DNA of 60,585 nt, filler included, from Sphacelaria rigidula (lineage: Eukaryota), in the NCBI GenBank assembly GCA_964200075.2. It is 9 parts of 9 records of this genome, joined end to end, with 100 filler letters (N's around TTAATTAATTAA, not from the genome) between each part and the next. Parts side by side here need not be neighbours in the genome. Positions count along the whole stretch, not along the records: positions 47,202 to 53,843 come from CAXNAA020018874.1; positions 53,944 to 60,585 come from CAXNAA020018875.1; 7 more parts are not named here. One strand, given 5' to 3'. Positions 53,301-60,585 of the stretch are shown piece by piece; the stretch's first letter is position 1; each line of letters opens with the position of its first letter. The position numbers were made by a program, and so were the translations under genes. The notes beneath the pieces were generated by a model. It did no database searches, was not told where the DNA came from, and worked only from the letters and a program-made list of their open reading frames with translations.

Positions 53301-53453
53301 AGCGGGGCTGACGACGCCAGTACGAAGGGGGAGTTTGAGGATGACCTGGAAGGGAAGTGGCACCTGGAGTATATCAGTAACGTGGGCAACGGGGAGCAGG
53401 AGGCGGATGGCTGGGACTTCGCGGAATCCACCGAGCTCAACAAAAGCAAGCGG
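47332..53453 (+). CDS. Rieske [2Fe-2S] non-heme iron oxygenase (PAO/CAO/VanA-like) with C-terminal PAP/fibrillin-like domain; partial at both ends
   Basis: Exons 47332-48031, 49039-49565, 50694-50879, 52577-52696 and 53103-53453; all GT-AG with matching phases. Splicing creates the Rieske motif CIHRGASLSRGWVSVDRLVCP|YHG. Mononuclear Fe motif ENMLDMLHISFVH; C-terminal TLTEDKEIIE. The last exon has ELLNRIASSQRGL...RSAILNLIERLE...LEGKWHLEYIS, resembling the PAP_fibrillin N-terminus. Confidence 0.88.
51119..52306. mobile_element. Non-autonomous Tc1/mariner-type element in an intron of the Rieske gene
   Basis: TA|CGAGCTGGGCCAGC...GATTGAAG and CTTCAAATC...GCTGGCCCAGCTCG|TA; internal imperfect hairpin 52021-52255. 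Confidence 0.75.
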
Positions 53454-53791
53454 GTGGGTCGCTTGTTCTTCTCTTTCTTTCCTCCACCATTATTTGTCGG
53501 GCACGGTGAACAATGGCTATTGTGTGTGTATGTGTGTGTTTGCTTCTCGTTGTTCCTTTACTTGCGCGGCGTCCAACAGACTACAGAGTTGGCATCGGCA
53601 CACGAAATAACCGAATTGCGCGATGTAGGTTACTACTGTATCTCAAGACCAATCCCACTCACTCCCTAGCATGTCGAGACCACACTAATTCAACTGTAAC
53701 ACATACATGTTCTCTTTCCCGAGCTGCCTATAGGCACTATTTCCGTTATCTCCTCCCCCCCCCCCCCCCCCCCACCCCACACTTATTGTTA

Positions 53792-53841
<50 letters not shown>

Positions 53842-55894
53842 TCNNNNNNNNNNNNNNNNNNNNNNNNNNNNNNNNNNNNNNNNNNNNTTAATTAATTAAN
53901 NNNNNNNNNNNNNNNNNNNNNNNNNNNNNNNNNNNNNNNNNNNAAGATCACCACATGAACGCGAGGAGGCGTGGGGGGGTGGTGCGCTGGGGTGGGCGGG
54001 TGGGTGGGGGGGGCATAATAGCAGATGGCCGATACACCGTGTCATCACAGAACAAAAAGCTGCGGTACAGTGGAAGTCGGCACAATAAACGGATGTATCA
54101 AAAGGGGGACTTTCATAGCATACACACAAAAGTGGCTCCTCAGAATAGTGAAGAGGAAATGTAGCGTACGTTATAGGGCATTGGGGAAAATGCATCGACT
54201 TTCAGGGCAGACAGACAAAAACAAACTCGGATCGTGCTGTCATCACACGCTACCGAAAGTAAGTAATGGGGGTTGGACTCTGGAGACCACACACGACAGA
54301 GGTTTACATAAAGTACAAAAAAACAGGACGAGTATCACGCGGTGAATATCGTACCACAATCTTCAAACTACAGGCTGGTTCAGAGTGTGAGTGTCCAAAC
54401 TTTATTTCCCACTAGAAGCAGAACGAAAAACTGACCCGACAGGAAGATATTTGATATCATAGCGACTCCCGCGAGCAAGCAAACAGTGTGATACAGCCAG
54501 AAACTTTCTTGCGTCCATTGCTGTGGCTCGTTTCTTAGCCAATCAGGGGCCCTCTAATTGTTCCGGAAATTAAAATTGGAACTCTGGTCACAATTTCTAC
54601 TCAATCTCATCAGGAACCAAACCTTGGTAACCTCCATCAGCGACGGAAACTGACGCAGAAAAAAATGAAAATGATTAGTATGGGATCGAGCTATGCCCCG
54701 AACAACCGTGATAGTTTGGTGTTGTGGAGATTTGGCGTTATCGGATTTCCACTGACAATACACATCAAAGACCCAGAAAGCCTCGTGATGGTTCCTCCTA
54801 TATCTGTTGTAGAAAAGTTCCGGTCGTCCTCAAACTTGGCACTTGGTAGGTATGGATAATCTCAATGGAAAAAATCATCGTCGAAGAATATTTCACAGTG
54901 CATCGTCGTTCTACCGGCTTCTGGGGGTCCCGGCATGAATACTACCAGAGGCCGGTACAAAATGCCTCAAAGTCCAACATGAAAATTTAACTCATCCTGA
55001 GGTAGTCCAAGGAACGTTCATACAAACGTTCGTTACGTAACTCGAAACATTGTTCCTGAACGATCGATGCAAGGTTGACTCCCCAAGAAAAAGGTCGGTT
55101 TGAAACTAAAAGCAAGTAATTGAGGGGTTCAACATATTGTTTCACACTCGACACGTTATGAGGGCGATTTCTCAAGAGAGGTTTTCAATGTCAACCCCGA
55201 ACTTTTGCACACGTGTGCGATAGGATACTGCGACATTTTCTATGATGGACGTTTCATCAACTCTTTATTCCGCCGGAAATTCGAGGTCCCCGGAGGCGGT
55301 ATGAGCCTCAGGACCCTCAGGAAGGACCCCGACCTTCCGGTGCAAAAAAGCGTTTACAAAACGTCTAGCGATACCCCATAGCACACGTGTGCAACATTTC
55401 AGCGTCAGATATGAAAACCCGCTGGATTAGTTGCTGGGAAGTAAATTCCGGGCTATTGTTTACGCCGCACAAGGCGTACCAACAATGGCACAAAAAAAAC
55501 GAACTGACGACTGCATCTGAAAAAAACACGGGAAGATATTTCGATGCTCTCTCCCGTACAAACGTCAAAATTTCTCGATATCTCGAGGCATGCACGGTGG
55601 CAAAATCCTTCCGATCTTCTGTGCTAGCTGCTCACCACATATGCACGGTCCACCTGATGGGGTGTGGCGCCAACATGGGCATGTGCACAAAAAACAATCC
55701 AACAGCCTTGGTCGACACAGGCCCACATGACCATAGAAATGTACATCCCAAAACGCATGCCGTTAACCATTTAAACGGTCGACTTGATGGGGGAATAAGG
55801 AGCTAAAAACAACTGAATGTGTCGACGAAAAACAATTCTCTCCCCCCCCCCGCCAACACTCAAAACAAGACTAGCAACCAACAGCACGGCTTGC

Positions 55895-56060
55895 CTTTAA
55901 GCACTGGAGATGGCCGCCGTGGTTGCAGCCCGAGCACCACGCGAACACGCCCGCCACAGGCTGTTCACAGACCCCACATGCCGTCACGAGCTTGCTGCAC
56001 TTGTGGCAACGCGCACTGTTCGAGGTGGGCTTACTGCAGGCCGTGCAGCTCGTGTATACG
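55895..56060 (-). CDS. WDR24: C-terminal zinc-finger/RING exon of a GATOR2/SEA complex WD-repeat protein, WDR24-like
   Basis: VYTSCTACSKPTSNSARCHKCSKLVTACGVCEQPVAGVFAWCSGCNHGGHLQCLK fits the CxxC-CxxC-CxxC-WCxxCxHGGH signature of WDR24/WDR59/MIOS, closest to WDR24 spacing. Acceptor GTTACAG|, putative GC donor AAG|GCAAGC. Confidence 0.72.
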
Positions 56061-56695
56061 CTGTAACAAAAGAGGGGCACCCCGAGGCGGCGCACACAAG
56101 ACATAGCACATAGGATATGAGATAGCGTGACAAAGGAGGAAGATCAAAACCAGAGGTCAACAAGCACAAACACACACCAAGCACGCAAGCGCGGGCGCGT
56201 GGATGCGCACGATTGAAAAGGATAGGGACATGCCGAACGATGGAACACACAGAATACAACATTTCAACATCACTAAACAAGAGTAGGCTTGTGGGGGCAG
56301 CGAGTGGTGGGGGGAGGAAGATGAATGCAAATGTACTGTATGCCGATATTTCCAAGGGTAGGTTGTGTAGAGTATACTCAATACTCAGCATTTTTGAAGA
56401 GTCATACTTTTAGTACTCGAAGTTTGAGTAGAGTATTTGAGGTCGTACTCAACCTACTCAACTATTCGAGTAGAGTATTTGAGATCATACTCAGTCTACT
56501 CGAAATTTAAGTAGAGTATGGAGGTCATGCTCAAGTGATACTCTATACTCCAGTATTACTGGGAGTGCTTTCTCGATATCTGAGTAGAGTATTTAATGTC
56601 ATCCTCAATCTACTCGAAATTTGAGTAGAGTATTGGAGGCCGCACTCAACGTACGCAAAATTTGAGTAGAGTATGTGAGGCCATACTCGACCTAC

Positions 56696-58852
56696 CAGGG
56701 TTGCACATCGGATATCGATAATCGATACGATTTCGATAAATATTGGCGATATGCCATATCGGTATCGGAGCGTAGAAAACCGATATAGTAGTCAGCATCA
56801 GAAGTTTTCAGAATTCGTAGTTGTTGTATTTTTCTAGTCTTTCTGGAGTACTATTCTTCACTACTACTTGAAAGTGCTAGCGCCGGTGGATATAAGGAGA
56901 AAGCGTAGGCCGCGGTCAAACTGCAGTGCTCAAGTTGGTGTTTTTCGGGCGATACGGACTTGATACCCCGTTTATCAGGAGGGTGACATTGAACGTTTTT
57001 GCTCCAATATAAGCAGTTTTCCCGCTCTTCAGCGACGAAACGGTAAATATTCAGATAAATTTATGCGTATAAAATTCTTGACAATAACGAGAGAGATCGT
57101 GTCTCCCTCCTATACTGCACAGACCTCAGTCTAGCGTTTTCTGCGGGTGACCTCTTTTCGTGGTTTCTTTCGCATAACCTTTTCCATGAGCACTCGAAAG
57201 TACTAGCGTCGATAGTTTTGGCAAAATAAGTAAACCGTGCTCAAATCACAATCGCTCAAGTTGGTGTTATTGGCGGCGATACTGGGTAAAAGGTATAATT
57301 TCAAAAAAACAATCATTTTTGAGTCTTCACTTCCATGATCCGGATCGAGTCGGTCCAACGAAAATACCGAAAAGCTAGAGCCTGGGGTCGCATTTTCGCA
57401 GGACCCCGGAAATCGGTCAAGCCCATAAGTCACTCATTATTGATCGCAGATAAAATTTCTTCCAATATTTGTCAAGAGGATTAAAATATCTCCGGATGCC
57501 CATTTTTTGGCATCCAACAATCACTGTGATGAGCGGTGGCAAGCCAAACGAATTTGGACAATCTTTGAGAAACTAAAAAATTACGGATTCTGCATACTTC
57601 TGACGCTGACTACTGTATATGTGATAGGTATCAATATCGAATATCAACATCGAATATCGATACGCTCGATATTTTTGTTTTTTTTTCGTCACATTAGCTC
57701 AATTTCTCGAAACCGTCGTCACAGGAAACGCAGGGAGGGAGGGTGGTATTTCCCGAACGGCAGACCCCGAGTTGATGTGCAACCCTGCCCCCCCCATCCC
57801 TCACTCCACGAGTTCCCCTTCACACAGCACACAGCACACAACACACAGCGCAGCTGCATTCCATTCAGCGTCTATGTAGCATGAGCCTTTGGTCTTCCTT
57901 TGTCGCTGGCCACAGTGCAGACTCTGTAGTCGATGTTTCTGCTGAGCCTGCTGCTGCTGCTGTGCCGTATCTCCCCCCGCCTTTCCTTCATGTTTGACGA
58001 GTGTTGGGTTTATTTTTCCCTCCATCCTTTAGTCTGGACATTCTTATTGTTGCAAGCTTAGTACTTTCTCTTCTTGGTTGGTGACATACGAATATTTTGT
58101 ACTTTTTGGCATCCAAAAATTAAAACCTGACGCATGCTGCCGACGTTTCCTGTTATTGGTAGAGAAGGACGTTGGGAAAAAAAACTCGTAGATGAGTTTG
58201 TGCATGTTCGGGGTTTAACACCTGTTCCTTTTCTAATGAATGTGAAGAGTCCAGGTATGCGCTCATTCGATCGTAACACACGGAATAGTGACCATAAAAA
58301 TGAAAAACAGTAATAACCGATACCACACCCGGCCCGCTGTGATCAACTACCTGTTGCACGACGACGAAAGATACTCGCAAGACATCTGTATCACAGCATG
58401 CCGCCGCTGCTATGATGTCAATTTGCACACTACCTGCTGCTGTACATCGTGTGCCCATAGCTGTCCACTGGAAATTACCGTAGGTCGCTTGAGATACCAC
58501 ACCCTCAGGAGCGATTTTCAAAGCTCGATTACTTTCTCTCCACGAGATGGTTGCAACACCGCCCAGTTCAGCCCTGGCATCGCTTCTGGTGAGGAGTAAG
58601 TGAGCTTTGAAAATCTGGGGATGTGGTATCTTAAGCGACCTACAATAGTGAGTGAGGGTGTCGGGGTGCCAGTGTACTGCTCGGTCTCGTACGCTGCGGC
58701 CATACCAAAACAGGCGTTTCGTATCGAATACCGATGCTCGATACGTATCGTGTCATTTTCGGAATATCGACAAAATATCTGTATCGGCGGTTGTGGTTCG
58801 ATATTCTGAGAATATCTACCGAACTTTATTCTCGGTCTGATATGCTACCCTG
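56696..58852. mobile_element. Nested non-autonomous hAT-type element
   Basis: TIR CAGGGTTGCACATCGGA / TCTGATATGCTACCCTG; exact 8-bp TSD CGACCTAC (56688-56695, 58853-58860); subterminal TATCG/CGATA motifs; an extra internal right end GATGTGCAACCCTG ending at 57787. Confidence 0.85.
56786..57615. mobile_element. Tc1/mariner-type MITE nested inside the inner hAT element
   Basis: TA|TAGTAGTCAGCATCAGAAGTTTTCAGAATTCGTA vs TACGGATTCTGCATACTTCTGACGCTGACTACTG|TA; internal blocks shared with 10496-11185. Confidence 0.8.
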
Positions 58853-60585
58853 CGACCTACTCAAGATTTGAGTAGAGTATTTGAGGCCGTACTTAACGTA
58901 ATCAAAATTTGAGTAGAGTATTGGACGCCGTACTCGACCTACTCAAAATTTGAGTAGAGTATCTGAGGCCGGATCCGATGTACCGAAAACCTATAACTTC
59001 AACTTCAATATTCAAGTTCGTACGCAAGATACTCAAACTTGGGTAGAAGAAATACTGAGGGATCCCTAGAGTTGCCCATCCATGATGAGTGTTGATTCAA
59101 GGTCACACTTCAGCAAACATTCGGATCAGAACCAAATGGTTCAAAACTATGGTGGAATGGAAGTTGTGATATTATCGAAGGGCCCTGCACGCTTTTTTCT
59201 TCTTTTCATGGCCATCATTCACTCGTACTCCTTGGTGGCTGTGATATAACGCCGCCCATCTAATTGATGACCACCGTTCGCCCATGTATTCGACATAGTC
59301 TGTGAAGTGACGTCACGACGTCGCCGACTGTCAGGGATACTCACCATACCCAAGGGGTAGTCTATACTCAAGTATTACTGAGAGAGTTTACTCAATATTT
59401 GAGTAGAGTATTTGAGGTCGTACTCGATCTACTCAAAATTTGAGTAGGGTATCTGAGACCATACTAAACTACTCAAAAATTGGGTAGGGTATTGGAGGCC
59501 GTACTCGGCCTACTCAAAGTTTGAGTCGAGTATTTGAGATCATCGTCAACGTACTCAAAATCTGAGTAGAGTATGTGAGGCCGTACTCGATCTCCTCGAA
59601 ATTTGAGTAGAGAATTGAGGTCATACTCAAGTGATACTCTATACTCAAGTATTACTGAGAGTGCTTACTCAACATTTGAGTAGAGTATTTGAGGTCGTAC
59701 TCGACCTACGAAAAATTTGAGCGGAGTATTTGAGGCCATACTCGACCTACTAAAAAATTGAGTAGAGTATTTGAGGCCGTACTCAACCTACTCAAACATC
59801 GAGTGGAGTAAATACTCGAGTACTCAGAAGTACATACTCTACTCGACCTACCCTTGGATATTTCGAATACCAAAGCTGTGGGTGATGTATTCCCACATTA
59901 CGCCATTGGACGGGAAGCATAGTCAAAACGGGGTGAAATTATCTACTGCCCACTTACAGCTATATGCTTACACTGTCCTGGATATAGCATTCTGTCCAGT
60001 GCACACTAGACTCAGTGTATTTGACTAATGATAGACATGTTTGGCCGTGGAAACGATGGAGTGTGGATCCACAGTCAAGGCGGGAATATTCCATAAATAC
60101 CTGGTGGGAAACTTGAGAAGTTGAACTTAGATCTTTACAATACAAAGGCGAAAATGTGACTCGTGTTCGAAAACCAGACGCTTGAATACGAGTACGTCCG
60201 ATATCAACGGTATGGGAGCTGAAAGATAATGGTGGATCCACTAACGTTGATGCACTCCATAAACACGCGCACCCATAGCGTCCACCGATGTACGGAATGC
60301 TTGAGTACAGCTTGCTTACAAAATGCGTGGAAAATGACTGCAGTGGTAGTGCTTGTGTAAGGCTCTCACAACGACCAACGGAGCTTGACGAAACGCAGTG
60401 CGCTTCTGGGATGAAGAGGTACAACGTTGCTTTTGATTGACACAGCGATCGGAAGAATATATTGTGACTGACCACATAAGTCTAGACGAGAAGACAGCTA
60501 GACCAATAATAGATAGTACAGGCCGTCATGATCCCCCCCCCCCGCGCTCCCCCCCCCCCCTGGACACACCGGAGGCAGGCGCAAA

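Larger units (their letters stand above)
56353..59856. mobile_element. Non-autonomous hAT-type element made largely of 41-bp palindromic tandem repeats, carrying nested insertions
   Basis: TIR CAAGGGTAGGTTGTGTAGAGTAT / ATACTCTACTCGACCTACCCTTG; exact 8-bp TSD GATATTTC (56345-56352, 59857-59864). Repeat blocks at ~56420-56695, 58853-58980 and 59360-59850. Confidence 0.88.

Noticed and set aside
54550..55350. Possible hAT transposase dimerisation remnant (FLRQFPSLMEVTK) on the minus strand
   Set aside because: Similarity is too short and the downstream S..ER.FS motif is not clear.
14073..56060. Functional cluster linking the TRP channel, Rieske oxygenase and WDR24
   Set aside because: They are on separate contigs placed together only by length.
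56420..59850. CRISPR-like array of palindromic ~41-bp repeats
   Set aside because: Units are head-to-tail with no unique spacers, there are no cas genes, the context is eukaryotic, and the array sits within hAT-type TIRs and TSD.

Overview
Eukaryotic, intron- and repeat-rich DNA, most likely a brown alga or related stramenopile (inferred from gene structure and repeat types). The window is not one locus. It is nine unlinked contigs of 6644, 6643 (x5) and 6642 (x3) bp, sorted by length and joined by artificial 100-nt spacers (N44-TTAATTAATTAA-N44), so adjacency across spacers means nothing. Spliced genes I could reconstruct by hand with consistent exon phases: (i) an ankyrin-repeat TRP-type cation channel (minus, 14073-19459, 7 exons, two consecutive GC-AG introns); (ii) a Rieske non-heme iron oxygenase fused in frame to a C-terminal PAP/fibrillin-like domain (plus, 47332-53453, 5 exons), the most interesting protein here; (iii) the C-terminal zinc-finger exon of a WDR24-like GATOR2 subunit (minus, 55895-56060); (iv) three partial genes of unknown function. 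The rest is mobile DNA: two degenerate Ty3/Gypsy elements, two RTE-LINE fragments, at least two tRNA-derived SINE families, and many MITEs. One is a three-level nest (hAT-type element built from 41-bp palindromic repeats > hAT-type element > Tc1/mariner-type MITE) with both 8-bp TSDs intact. There are also two long near-perfect foldbacks and a tandem array of ~523-bp hairpin-forming units. No CRISPR array, rRNA or convincing tRNA. All family calls come from reading motifs by eye, not from database searches.
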